Source: Takakia lepidozioides (lineage: Eukaryota; Plantae; Bryophyta). From it: 64,000 nucleotides of DNA. Under the pieces are notes generated by a model that had not been told where the DNA came from, did no database searches, and was given only the letters and a program-made list of their open reading frames with translations. The position numbers and the translations under genes were made by a program. Of this stretch, positions 43,947 to 56,800 are shown in pieces (positions within the stretch are counted from its first letter, which is position 1; every line of letters starts with the position of its first letter). Location: positions 70,122,001 through 70,186,000 of the forward strand of contig CM060732.1 of assembly GCA_030704615.1 (NCBI GenBank), in the 5' to 3' direction.

Positions 43947-46900
43947 CTAATCTTCATCATCCTCATCTATGTCTGGGTCACTACATGTATCACTGTCTTC
44001 ATCACAGACTTCATCTTGTCCAAGGGTTGGCTGAACATCATCACCACATATACGGGGTGCTCGGAGTACAAGGAGGCCACCTGCTCTGGAGTAACCGGTA
44101 CCGCTCGGCTGCATGTTGGGCCATCAGTAACCACAGTCTCCTAGTCTTTGTGGGGCTAACAATCCTTCCATTTCCGCCACATCATCGTTATCAATTGATA
44201 TGTCGCAGACCACTCTACGTGCTCGGGGGCTCTTCTCCAGGACGACTTTCCACCCCGGCTCCTTCACACAATCAGAAAAAAACACTTGATCAACCTGGCC
44301 AGGAAACACAAAAGGTTGCTCAGAAGCATACAGTTAAAATTGACAAGTGTGAAGCCAGCATCATCCTGCTTCATTGACATAGGTTGACGACCCACGCGAC
44401 TCGCCCGTACCACGAACACAAAAAAACTATAGGTTGTGTTTGGCCATAGTCAATTTGCAAAATCTCCCTTATAAGACCCACATATCTTGTAGGTTCCTCC
44501 ATGTCATTGCTTGAATTGTTGGTAATGGGCTGGTGCTGGGAAAACAGATGAGACTCCACAATCAAAAGACACCAACTTGTTGTGTTCATGCCGGGGGATG
44601 TAAACCCTGTAATGGTTACCATACGCTGTCATACTCTTGAATGACAGGGCAGTAAATGATGGAGGCATTGAAAGATCCAGTAATTCCTCACGTGTTGTAG
44701 GATCAAGCCCATCTGATTGAATTGAGAGATGATCCCGTACACCTTGAGGGAGCCAAACAGCAAATGGAGGACAAGGATGCAAATCAGGAGGGTACTGAAT
44801 TGCCGTGGGATTGCTCATGCCTTCCAGCCCTTGCTCCTCACAAACCAAGCGTCGTCTGGCTTCTATCCGTGTGGACTCTGCTTCATATATCCTGTCACAA
44901 TCCGAGGGTCAGCCAAGAGATTGACAGAGGTGGCGTGGGAGATTTGAAAAGACGCCATGCCAACTAATGATAAATGACTAAAACTTGGAAATCTGAATGT
45001 CCATGAAGTAGATTTCTTACCCCAACATGACTGATAGACGAGGATGGTTCTGAATGATGTACTCATGTACAATATCACACAAGTCATTCAATTTTCGGGC
45101 TTTAGAACTTCCTTCCACAACTTCACGTTCCACAGATTCTGCCTCATTTGCATCCCACACCCTTCGTACACTTCCATCAAATCCTACCATATACTCTGTG
45201 CAAAAACCCAATGCTTCTTCAAATTGTTATCCTTTTGCCATGCTCCCCTCGGGCCTTGCCATGTTTCTTACGTAGCCCTTCATATCTTTCATTGCCCGCT
45301 CCATGGGGTACATCCAACGAGATGCTACGGGCCCGCATAAGTACAACTCATCCACTAGGTGAACAACCAGATATGTCATCACATCAAAAAATGATGGTGG
45401 GAACTCCTTCTCTATAAGACACAGAGTGAGAACTGCTTCAGTTCTCAATTCCTCATACTCTACATGATTCACCACTTTTGCACACAACTTCTTAAATATA
45501 CGACATACTCGCAAAATGGCCCTTCGAGGACCACTCGGCATGAGCCCACGGATAGCAGCGGTATAATTGCTGCATGAGCACATGATAGTCATGTGATTTC
45601 ATGCCTGACAACTTCTTCTTCACCACATGCTTTTTGAAAGCTGATGCGTAGCCTGTTGGCACTTTCAAGTTCTGCACAATCTCCAGAAAGACTTGTAACT
45701 CAGCCTCAGTGAGGACATAAGGGGCAGGAGGCATAATTAACGTATCTGCTCTGTCAGGATCACGTTGTAGCCACAATTCCGGGCGCCCAAGTAGCTCCAA
45801 ATCACGGCGAACTTTCAATGTGTCTTTCTCACCAAAGATAGTTTTAATAATATTTTCAGCCAAATTCTTCTCGCAATGCATTGCGTCAAACGTGTGGCGG
45901 ATGAGGGAGACCCTACAAAATGAACACATAAGCAATTGAGCATTTACTCATCACAATTTAAACTAAAAACGCAAAAATGTACACAGCCAATTAAAGGCCA
46001 TGAAGGAATTACCTCCCAATAAGGTAAGACATATAAAATTGACAATCGCTTAACTCCATGAGTTTTTGCTGGGTCTGTCCTGCTATCTGGCGTCCCTCCG
46101 TTTTCCACCCATGCAGTTCGAGCTGTTGCAAGGTCCTTGATTTGTGTTCCAGTCTGCGTTTTTGGAGAAGTTCCATGCTCAGTAGCGCCATTGAATATTC
46201 TTGACCTTCTATATGGATGATTGCGGGCCAAAAATCTTCGGTGGCCTAGGAAAACAATTTTTCCACATGTGTGTAACTGCTGTGAAGTCACCTGGGTCCA
46301 CAAGCTGGACAACCAGCATAACCTTTCGTCACTTGACCTGAGAGCAAGCCATATGAAGGTAGTCATGGATTGACCACATCAACACTGCCCTCAGTGTGTG
46401 AATTCGCGTTGACCACGAGGACGGGAAACATCATGAGCTGCAATCCCTCTCCATAGTTCCAATAGCTCTTCCACTAGGGGCATCAGGTAAACATCTACAT
46501 TGTCCGAGATAACAGACTCCTTACCAGGAATCAGTAGCGCTAACATGACAAAGAACTTTTTGGTCATTAACCACGGAGGCAGATTGTAATTGACCAAGAG
46601 AACGGGCCATGTGCTCCAACTTGTGGATTGAGCTCCGTAGGGATTTACACCGTCTAAGGCCAATCCAAATCGCAGAGATCGTGGCTCTGTAGCAAAATCC
46701 GCAAATGTGGTGTCAAGTGTCTCCATGCTTTGCTATCAGCTGGATGTCGAACCAACCCATCCTGGCTCTTATGTCTGTCGTGCATGTCATAAGGTTAGCG
46801 ATCGATTTACATCGGTACATACGTTTCAACTTGGAATGACAGGGTAGTGTCGCAATACTTTCTTGGGCACACTTCCACGACCTGGAATGTAACGGGAACT

Positions 46901-48080
46901 GCGGCACACTGGGCAAATGTCTACATTCTCATACTCCCCACGGAAGAGTACACAACCACGCTCACATGCATGAATCATCGTGTACTGCAATCCAATCTTG
47001 GCAATCATGGTTTTTGGCTTCATAGTGAGTTTCGGCAATGAATTCTCTTTAGGAAAAAACTCTTACTCAACAATCCCAGAAGCTCATCCACAAATGCATT
47101 GGTGCACTTGTGGGTAGTGCATGCGTTCAACAACGTCAAAATTACTTTGCAGCCGGGCTGATGGAGCACCCTTCAAAAAGTGGACATTGCGACGCTCGAA
47201 AGAGTTTATCATACTCGGGATCAACGTGCAGGTAAGCATTCTCATCAAATTCATTTGTCTCCGGAATCGTCGAGATCATCGTCATGATCGGCAAATGTGT
47301 GATCGGTTCCCCATGAATGGGGTCCTCTCTGTTTGCATCTGCAAAGAGAAAAGCTTCCTGCAATGCACGCTGCATTTCTACCTCCAATCCATCACTCTCA
47401 ATGCGTTCTTGTGACATTGGGCTCCCGCTGTGCCGCAGGGGCCTTCGTCTTCATCCATCTGAATATTCACATCTCTGCATCCCAATAGTCATCTTAGATG
47501 GACCAACAACGATGTGACACTTGTTCATATTATGACATAGGAGGCCCGTGACGTTGCAGTGATGCAGTCTATTTACGTATGGTATCTTATGAATATACAC
47601 CCAATCAAAACACGACATTTGTAACCATTGAAGTCATTTGTTGCAGTCACTTACTTAGTCATATATGACTACATGACTACACATGACCAATGAAAACACG
47701 ACATGTGCATTAATTAAAGTGATAACGGAAGTGGCGTAGTCATAGTCACGTCTGTATCTTATGACTTCTTGACTACAATCACCCCAACGAAATGTCGACA
47801 TGTGGAGAAGAGGATCGTTGCATTCAAAATTCAAACTAAAGTGCTGAAGGGAAAGTGACGATCTTACCGGAAGAGAACAGCGTTGGAGAAGAGGATCCCT
47901 CCCGTGTATCATGTAATGATTCCTCACTGTTTCCAACAACAGTACTTTTCCTCCATGACACTCATCGCAGTTGCATAGCATTTTTGTATGCCCATTCCTT
48001 GTGGCATAAGCTTCTTCCATTCGCCATAGACGGTCATCTATTCTACGCCTACGCATCCGTTCGCCACCTGCACTGTACAT
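43947..48080 (-). pseudogene. CACTA TnpD/Tnp2 transposase, frameshifted
   Basis: Transposase-associated MLCNCDEC...HG; IHACERGCVLFRGEY...CPVC; PRSLRFGLALDGVNPY...YNLPPW (Transposase_21); DAMHCEKN; GMKSHDYH; LCGPVASRWMYPMER (DUF4218); FPGQVDQVFF...WKVV (DUF4216). Confidence 0.95.
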
Positions 48081-48639
48081 GCTTTGAACGTCACCCCTTC
48101 CCTCTTTGCATGCTACGCACAGTGCATTGTCTCTAGTTTTGCACCAGCTGCCAATGTGCTATTTCTATATATCTATAGTATACTATAAGTATCGTTTCTG
48201 AGTGTCCATGGTGAAGCGGAAGGTCTTCGAAGTGACAGTCCCTCTCACTGAGTACGAGAAGTTCCGAGAGCGCCGGATTGCTGCCATAAAGGAGGTGGAA
48301 GCAACGTTCAAGCAGTCGATAGATGGGTGAGTTTAGTTCCTGACTTTGGATACCCACCCACTAAACTTGCGATTTGCCTTATCCTCTAACCTTCCTACAG
48401 CGATCATAAGCTTCATAGCACAAATGGGGGAGTAGCTGCGACTTGTACAAACAGAGAGGCAAACAACATGCAGTGAGTGACGATTAGGTTTGAGGAGGGT
48501 GTGTCATTAGGCGGGAGATGTCCGCCGTCATTCGTGGGCAGGCATTACGTCCTGGTAGGGTGCGGCTGTGGTTCAGCGTAGGCTTAAGAGTATTAGGGTA
48601 TGTATGCTTACATTTTTGTGATTGTTTGAGAGGGAGGTC

Positions 48640-51600
48640 ATGGAGGTGTTTGTGCAGGCTTGCGGAGCGAATCGCCCTCGCAAGCCACGCGCTCCGAAGG
48701 AAAAAGCTAGGGATCAAGGTCCTGCAAGGCAAAGTGCCAGACTGAAGACGATGAAGACTACGATTCTGCATGAGGGCTCTTCTGAGGACGATGAGGACGA
48801 TCCACTCCTCCCACGCCAGTGCGAGGCGAGTGCGTCGTCGGCGGATGCCACGGCAAGCCGAGGAGAACATGCCCATGCTCATGTCGCAGGACAAAAACGC
48901 CATCACAACACTACCCTTCTCCGTCTGTGAGTTATAGTTCTTCACAATGACCATGATTCAAATTATGTATTTTGGTAAAATCACGAAGAGATAGGGTATG
49001 TCTGTCAACAGGGAAGTTGGACAATGCAGGGGTCAGCCAAGGCACAATCACACCTTAAGTGCAGTGGGGATGGGGGCAAACAGACAAGGTCCAACCTGGC
49101 ATGCCAACGACGGAGTCTAAATAGGTTACTGCAGGAGAGGGACCTCAACTAAATATGATGGGCTACTTATAGAGATACTTGGGTTACTTATGCACCCAGA
49201 ATATCAGTAAAACTTGGAGGGATACTTCTCATGGACCCATCAGGTTTGTCCATTTGAATTCTTGCTATGGATTTTAGGAACACCCCATACCTAAGAGGGC
49301 TCAAAAATGACATCATTGGGGCCAATCAAATTTGGGAGATTTACTGCCCAAGATCATACTGAGTTTTGGGTAATCTTGTCTTTACAAATGATATGTGCTT
49401 CCAGTTTGTTTTGCCTGAATTCAAGGATTTGCTGCTTGCTGCCTATATGTATGTGTAATCACCCACATTGTACTGGGGGAATTTCTTTTCAGGGCAAGCA
49501 CAAGCGCACTGGATCCACGATCCCTGCTGCTAGCAATGGAGATGGCGCCCACAAGAACGGTGGCCCTAACTCTCCCAACGTTGTGGGTTCTGTGACACCA
49601 GTACCCCCACTTTATTATGGTATGCCTCAGTACCCACAGTCTGGCACTCAGTATGGTCATGGTCAATATGGTGCTCCTCCATATGGGCAGTATGGCCAGT
49701 ATCCTCCTCCACCATATTTGCCACCCCCTAATAGCTATGGGGGTGGCAGGCCACCGGAATATCCTCCTGCTTATGGACAGTATGGCCACTATGGTCCTCG
49801 GCCTTCTGGCCAACAGCCATGGCCACCAGTCCCTACTTGGCAGGATCCTGCTTTGAATTCTCCTGAGCGTACGGAGGTCTCTGAAGGAGGGGAGGGTGCC
49901 GTTTCAAAGATGATAGAACCAATGCTTTAAGGAGGGCTAATAGCTCAGCCAAAATTGAAGCTGCCAAGGTCAAGGAAGAGAGAATAGCTGCAGGTCTTCC
50001 TCCCACGGTGATTTTGACGAACCTCAAAGGAGCCCCGTATGGTCAGACCCGGAATGTATGGCACGCTGCCCTTAAAGGACAGGCTTATCGCAAGCTAGAT
50101 TGTTCCCTTGCCATCAACAACCAACCTGATGAAGTTGTATACAAAATCAGAGATCACCTGACTAAGCTATTTTCATATACGCCACACGAGTTAAAAGACT
50201 TCCACCTAAAACAAACAATTGGCAGAATAATGAAGAGCCAGCGTTATGAAGCACACACTGCGTGGTTGGGTGGTAAGGGGAAACCCATTACTGTATCTGA
50301 CGAGGTATGGGCTTGTAAGTTACTGGCAGACAGAGGTGTTCCACAAAGTGTCGGGCAACATGAAGAAGGCAAATGGTGCAATTCTGAATCCTACCAAGAC
50401 TGGCCGTGGTGGGAAGGCAATGGTGGAAGCACGCTTGGTAAGTGGCATCATCACGACTCTGTATTTTGTTCCTCATTGAATTGCTATGTGTATATAGTCA
50501 GCCCTCACATTGCTTACTGACTTGTGGCATGGGTTTGTTTGTGGCATGGATTAATTTTGTAGGAAACACTATCAGGGTGCCCTCCTACATTATATGAAAT
50601 TCAAGAGGGTTCAGTGTCACGGTTGTCAGTTGGGAGTGACAGGCGGGTAAGTGTGTTTTCCACGTTTGCTAGAGTGGTTGCTGCATCATAGGTTGCTAGG
50701 GTTTTTTTCACGGCTTTTGGCCTGGGTTTTCTTTCCAATGGTTGTTCATGCTAGGTTTTTTTGGTTTGATTCATACTTGGGCAAGTTTTCATGGATTGGC
50801 AGGAGGGAAGTCTCGCATATTCTACAGTAGTTGGCAGGATGGATGGCTTGGACAAACTGGTGGAATCACAAGGACGTGACATGGCAGAATTAAAATTACA
50901 GATGCAGAGTATGATTGAGTACCAGAAAGCCATTGTGACCAGATTGGGGATTAATCTATCAGGCGCAGGACCAGTGACAGTATCAAAATGTTTGGAATCC
51001 CAATTTCAGACGGTAACTGGTGCTCACTCTAAGCCCTTATGTCTTCTTGTCACTGATTCTTTTGAATTTGACCGAGCAGCAGCAGGATACAAGGAAGGCC
51101 AGCTGTGAGGTACACGTGGAAATTCAGCCCTTGCCATGTACAAAGGCAGTAGCAGTCCAGGGGCAATGGTGACAGAGCCGCCGGGCACACCGGATTCTGG
51201 TATGCAGATATGTGGGAGTTTAGATGGGGAGGAAGATGCAGACGGGGAAAAAACAAACAAGCAGGTTGCTTTAATTTCTCCTACTCACATGTTGAAGCCA
51301 AATGTCAGTTTACTTCCTGGACCAACAAGGAAACATTTACTAATTTTGGACTTAAATGGTCTATTATGTGAATCTTTTCATCCTGCTAATGGGCCTGCAT
51401 CCCTTCCCAAAGGTTTTGTGGGGAAGATGTGTGGCAAGAAGATGGTAGTTTTGAGACCACACTGTTATGACTTTTTGCACAAGTGTTTTGAACACTTTGA
51501 GGTGGCGGTGTGGTCTTGTTGCCAAGCTCGCAACTTCTTCCCAATGGTGGACTATATTTTTGCAACCCACACTAACCTGGTTTTCCAGTGGGATGCCCTT

Positions 51601-52688
51601 CACTGTGACGAGGATCCAGTCCTCCTATGCTGTAAGGGGTCTGATTCAAAGCCATTATATTTCAAGAACTTGTCTACAGTGTGGGGAGACTGGCCAGAAT
51701 GGACTTATGAGGACACTGTTCTTGTTGACGACACACGAAGAAAGGCGGCAAACAATCCTCCCTTCAGTGGGATTTTTCCAGAGCCATGGAAGGTGCAACC
51801 AGATTCACCAATTGATGAGTATCTAATAGAGGTGTTGTGGCCTTTCTTGTGGAAGGCATCAAAAGCTGCCAGTATTCCCAAGTTTTTGGAGTCTCAGCCT
51901 GTTTTCGGACAACAACCATACAACACTACTACTATGAAGGTACAAACATTCTGACAGTGCTCCAGAGGCTACATTTTTGTGGGTTCATTCATTGCATTGC
52001 TTTCCTGGATGCTTCTCCTCAGTTGCTTGATTAATGCTAGGTTTTCTTTGCAGCTTTTCATGTTGGCTTTTTTTGTTGATTCATACTTGGATTTTGTTTC
52101 TATTCACTATTCCTGTTTGCTCATTGTTTTCCTGGTTGTTCTCTGGTCTGTGACACAGGAACTTGTGACAAACAAAGGTGATATTGTCAACAAGCCGGTA
52201 CAGACGAGGGGCAAGAGTGTCGACCCGGCGAGTAGCCCCCCAAAAGAGGTCTCACCACCACTGGAGACTGCAAATGGAGTAAGTCCAGGCCGTTGTCTTG
52301 TTTGTTTTGTTTTTTCCAACCTTGGGGCTCTCTTTAACTCGCAAATGTTGAGTGTCCTAGTCGTGTGTATGTCAGGGGTTTTCACATCATGTTCTTTTTT
52401 GTGTGGAGTTGGATCACAGTTCAGGGTGGGTGACGAGGTTCGGCTGTTGGATGTGAACTCCAAACGCAAGAAATGTGGAGTAGGGCTGATTGTTGCTCTT
52501 CAAGGTGCTGTGGTGGGTTACGGGTACCCTGCTGTGCCCCTTGATTATGCCTGTGTGTACATCAAAGAGTCATGTGTCAGTAAAATGTGAATGGTGTTAG
52601 GAAACAGACCGAGTTGGGGCAGGTGGTTGGCCAGACAACACTTTGGAGTCTAAAGTTACCGAAACTTATGGAGCTGCGGAAGGGATAG
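48640..52688 (+). pseudogene. CACTA TnpA-like gene (Transposase_24-like, coiled coil, NIF phosphatase-like domain, Tnp1-type C-terminal domain), divergent from TnpD
   Basis: KPITVSDEVW..LVSYWQTEVFHKVSGNMK...NPTKTGRGG; coiled coil ~50830-50940; NIF exon; last exon FRVGDEVRLLD...GVGLI...PLDYACV...LGQVVGQTTLW. Frameshifts near 49910, 50310 and 52585; stop at 51106. The start codon is uncertain. Confidence 0.75.
51136..51939 (+). CDS. FCP1-homology / NIF-type HAD phosphatase-like domain (uninterrupted coding segment inside the TnpA-like gene)
   Basis: LLILDLNGLL, LRPHCYDFL..CFEHFEVAVWS, FQWD...C, KPLYFKNLSTVW, TVLVDDT..KA.NNPP..GIFP, FGQ: the full motif set of the plant DLNGLL-type NIF family. 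Confidence 0.9.
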
Positions 52689-53156
52689 TCAGTATTGCAT
52701 TGTTTAACAGAGTTCTTGATTCTAATAGCACTAGAACATACTAGCTACAACAATTCAGCCCATGTGTGGGCTTGCTTGTTTTTGGCTGGGCCTTTTGAGG
52801 CATGGATTTTTTGACCTTGTGGCTTTTGAGGTGTCCATTGGGATATTGGTCTCATTTGGATTTTTGTAATGTGATTTATAGGGCTTGTATTGCCCTGTAG
52901 TTGACTATTTTTATTCTCCTTGTGGTTGATAGTATGTAGGAGGGATCCATTCTGTTTTCATGTTGGAATTTCACCATGTAATGAAGATTTTAAATCATTT
53001 AATTCACTTTCATTTTAAATAATAATATTAAAAATAATACCATTAAAAAAAAATCCAAGGCTGCAATCTCCATGTTCTTTTAAATATTAAATGAAAAATA
53101 AAATATAAAATATGAACATTAAAAATATAAACTATTTCGGAAAACAATCTTGATGA

Positions 53157-53604
53157 CACGTGGCATCACTCTTGCTCAAACCAGAACACGTGGCAGTATA
53201 TGATACGACATTCTTTATCCATATTTTCACCACGTGTAAAGATCCGTAGTCATATATGCTAGTCATATATTTTGTCTGTGTGCCACATGTCACATCTCAA
53301 GTGCAACAGGTGTCCCGCTAACAACTCTCCATGTAGACATCCCTGTAGTCATATGAGCGAGTCATGTAGTCACCACGTGTGAAATCTGCCATAGCACACG
53401 TGTCTCGCTAGCGCCTCTCCATGTAGGCATCACTGTGCAGACATGTAGTTATATGATCATGGCAAGAAGTCGTGACATGTCAAATTCGCAGTGGCGCACG
53501 TGTCCATCCGTCGCCTCTTCATGTATGCATCACTTTGCAGACATATAGTCATATAATCCCCTGACGAATGCATGACGTGTCGCTTGCGCAGTGGCACACG
53601 TGTC
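53157..53604. promoter_or_regulatory. Cluster of ABRE/G-box motifs in the CACTA right subterminal ~100-bp repeats
   Basis: ACGTGGC at 53158 and 53188; ACGTGTC at 53398, 53498, 53575 and 53598; further CACGTG at 53231 and 53374. Function not shown. Confidence 0.4.
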
Positions 53605-53865
53605 CCGCTGAAGCCTCTCCATGTAGGCAGCGCTCAACAGACAATGTAGTCATATATTAGTCATATAGTTGTGACTGCAACCCTCTTTGCAGCAGGACTC
53701 CAGGTGCCACGCAAGCAGTCATGGATATGACTTGCAAAACGCAGTCCTAAAGACTAGTCGCTATGACAGGGCTTTTTTCACTACAGAGTGATGTAGTCAT
53801 GAACGCATATAAGACTGAAAAAATAGTCATATGTGAAGTCATAAAAACGCTCATCTGTTGTAGTG

Positions 53866-56800
53866 GCGGTTTCTCTACATTGTCCAACCCCCGCACGATA
53901 TACTGGGCACACTGCATTCGCTGCACAAGTGCAAACTTGAAAGTAAATCAGTCCTTCGTGAAAGGTGTTCCTCTCTCTGGCTTTGCAGTCTTGGAGACAT
54001 TTCCTCTGACTTTTACCCACTCATAAAACACTTGAATGAATGACATGACGTAAAAGCCACACTCCCAGCTGAATGGTTACTGGGGCACATCAGGCGCGTA
54101 GAACTGAAATGCTTGGACAATCTCATGCCACTCCGGTGAGTCCATCGAGTACCCTAAGCACTCAGCATGAAACTTTCGGACAACTATGCGAGTCCCTGAT
54201 AGAGTTCAGGTGAGTGTAACAGCCCTTGCGGAGGTCGATGATACAAACACTCCAGTGCCCCCTGCAATGGTATTTAACAACATGGCGTCATTGCACAATC
54301 ATGATGGGCAGACTCCGCAGACTGACACTTAGCAGACCGACCACTCAGCACTCAGCAGACTCAATCTTCAAACCCAGTCCACTACACAAATACAGAGGTC
54401 AATTTAATCGCTCAGAGTCAAGACGACACTGCGAAACCAGACTATGACTCAGGAGACAGTCTCAGCAGACTCGGAAGAGTTCTTACTCGTCCCCAATTGA
54501 CACCACAATGAAATCGCACTCTTTCAAGTCCTTGCCCAGTCGTTCAGTGCTGAGGCAACCTTTCAAGACCTCTAGAAGGCTTTCACGTTGCCCCACCCCC
54601 AATGACTTCAACACCGTCCACGTCGACGTTGGAAGAACAGCAATAGTGTTGGTGAACGCAGCCTCAACCACTTCTCATATAATCGACACCACAGCTCTAT
54701 GAGTCTATCTGTGCACTCCGACTCAACCTTTTGGAGCGCCTTTATGTCATCCGGCGACAATCCGCATTCAAACCGTGGGTCCCCTTCAAAAAACATCAGC
54801 ATGGAATTACCCGCCTTGACGTGCAGAGCATGTGCTTTGCCAAACCGAGCACCCATCCTGCACAGAGCAGACCGACCTTCGGGGAGCCTCATGTACTGAA
54901 CAGACTGACGTCAACATGGTACCAAACGCTCTACAGGCTGAACAGTTCATCAGACTGACAAGACTAACCACAACAGACAATGATGAAACCAGCAGTAGAC
55001 TGACCAACGAGCAGACTGACCACAACAGAGCGCAATGCACTTAACGACAATGACAGATGAGGAGACTGAGCACAGTACTCACCTGTGCTGCTCCAGGAAA
55101 CGACCCACATCTTTGTCCATGTCCAAGGCGAGCTTGCGGTTCTTGTTCATAAAGACGCCAGACTTTTTCTTCGCCGGTCTCTTGGTACTCGAACCCTCCT
55201 CGACCTCCTCAGCATGGTCCACGACAGTCCGCTTCTTGGCTTTGCCTCTCCCCTGGGAAGCAGAGACAGCTATAGGCGAGCTGGATAGAGCAGACAAATG
55301 CAGCGCGGCCACCCTACTTCGCAACAGAGGCTGGTCAGCAGGTTTGTTTACACTTGCTGGACCTATCTTTGCAGCTTCGTGGGTCGCATGCGTAGAACTG
55401 ACCCGCGCATCGGGGGGCGTGCTCACCCCCACACCTTTCTTGGTTGTCGATCCCACGTTTGCAGTATGGGCGGAAGATGTCATGTCCTCAGAAGTAGACA
55501 GTCTGCCGACGGAGGGACGAATATCTTGTGAGGATACCGAACAAAATGGCGAATTAGCCCAATTTCACAATGTGCTAAAACATAAACAACAGTGCTGAAA
55601 GAGGAAATGACACAACCTGCCCAAGGGGTGAGGGAGCAGACTCCATGTAATCCAGCACTATACCAGACGGTGTCTACGCCGCATGTGGTTCCTTGTCAGT
55701 GTGCCTGCCAGCATTTTCAGTCTGTTGCTCAATGTGGGCAGTCTGCTCGGCCGCCGGTTCTTCGTCAGTCCTTTCGTCTGTGAACTGTGCAGTCTGCTGG
55801 CAACTCTGCGGTTCAGTCTCTTCCTCAATGTGGGCAGTGTGCTCGGTGGCAGGTTGGTCGTCAGTCCTTCCCTCTGTGAAGTGTGCAATGTGCTGGTCAG
55901 GCCATGCAGTCTGAACTGTGCAGTCAGAGCTGAGCTGTGTAGTCTGCCGCTCCGAGCCATCCTGGTCAGTCCTTCCATCTGTGACCTGTGCAGTCTGCTG
56001 GTTAGTCTGCGGTTCAGTCTGCTCATCAATGAAGACAGTATGCTGCCCCGCCACAGGTTGCTCGGCAGTCCTTCCATGTGTCGACTGTTCAGTGTACTGG
56101 TCAGTCTGGTGGACAGCCAGCTGGGTGTTCGGATCTCCATGGACTTGGGAAACATCAAGAACATGTATAGAAGACCCACCGGCAATTGCTTCCTCAGACT
56201 CTTCTGTAAGATCTATGATACGGTTTTGCTTTCCCAGATTGAGTTCGGTCATCACGTAAGACTCATCTACTGGAAGGTCATAGAGGGCAGGCCACGGGGA
56301 GCTGGATAAGAGTGCTTTACCGGTGACCTGATGACGTCGTCAGTGAATGTGTCTGGGGAAAAGTGGACTCGGTCAAAACACTCATACTGGCATATCCAAA
56401 AACACGTTGTTGGGAACTCAGCAGAAATTCGTCCACAGGGTCCCGGTGAGGCCAGTGCATCCGAGTCTGCTGCACAATCCAGGGAATAGACTGGCTGTTA
56501 GTCTCCTGGATAGTCTGAGGGGCAATCTGCTGGCTGGATTCGTCGGTCTGCTGCACGGTCTGCTGCACAGTCTGCTGAGGGGCACTCTGGTGGCCATGTT
56601 TGCTGGTCTGCTGCACAGTCGGCTGAGGGGCAGTCTGTTGGCCGGTCTGTTCTCCGGTCTGCTGCAAAGTCTACAAAGTTCGCTACCCGCTCAGTACTGT
56701 TTGCACATACTGAGTATGTGTGTGCGGGGCAGTCTGCTGGGAGTGATCCAGCCTATTACCCAGGACGGTCTGGTGCACATGCTCGGTCTCCAGCATTTGG

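Larger units (their letters stand above)
41348..53865. mobile_element. Complete CACTA (En/Spm) transposon, 12.5 kb, nested in the Mutator-like element
   Basis: TIR CACTACAA(G/C)AGATGAGCGTTTTTA at both ends; 3-bp TSD GCG (41345-41347, 53866-53868); subterminal ATGACT/AGTCAT arrays; TnpD-like and TnpA-like genes. Confidence 0.96.
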
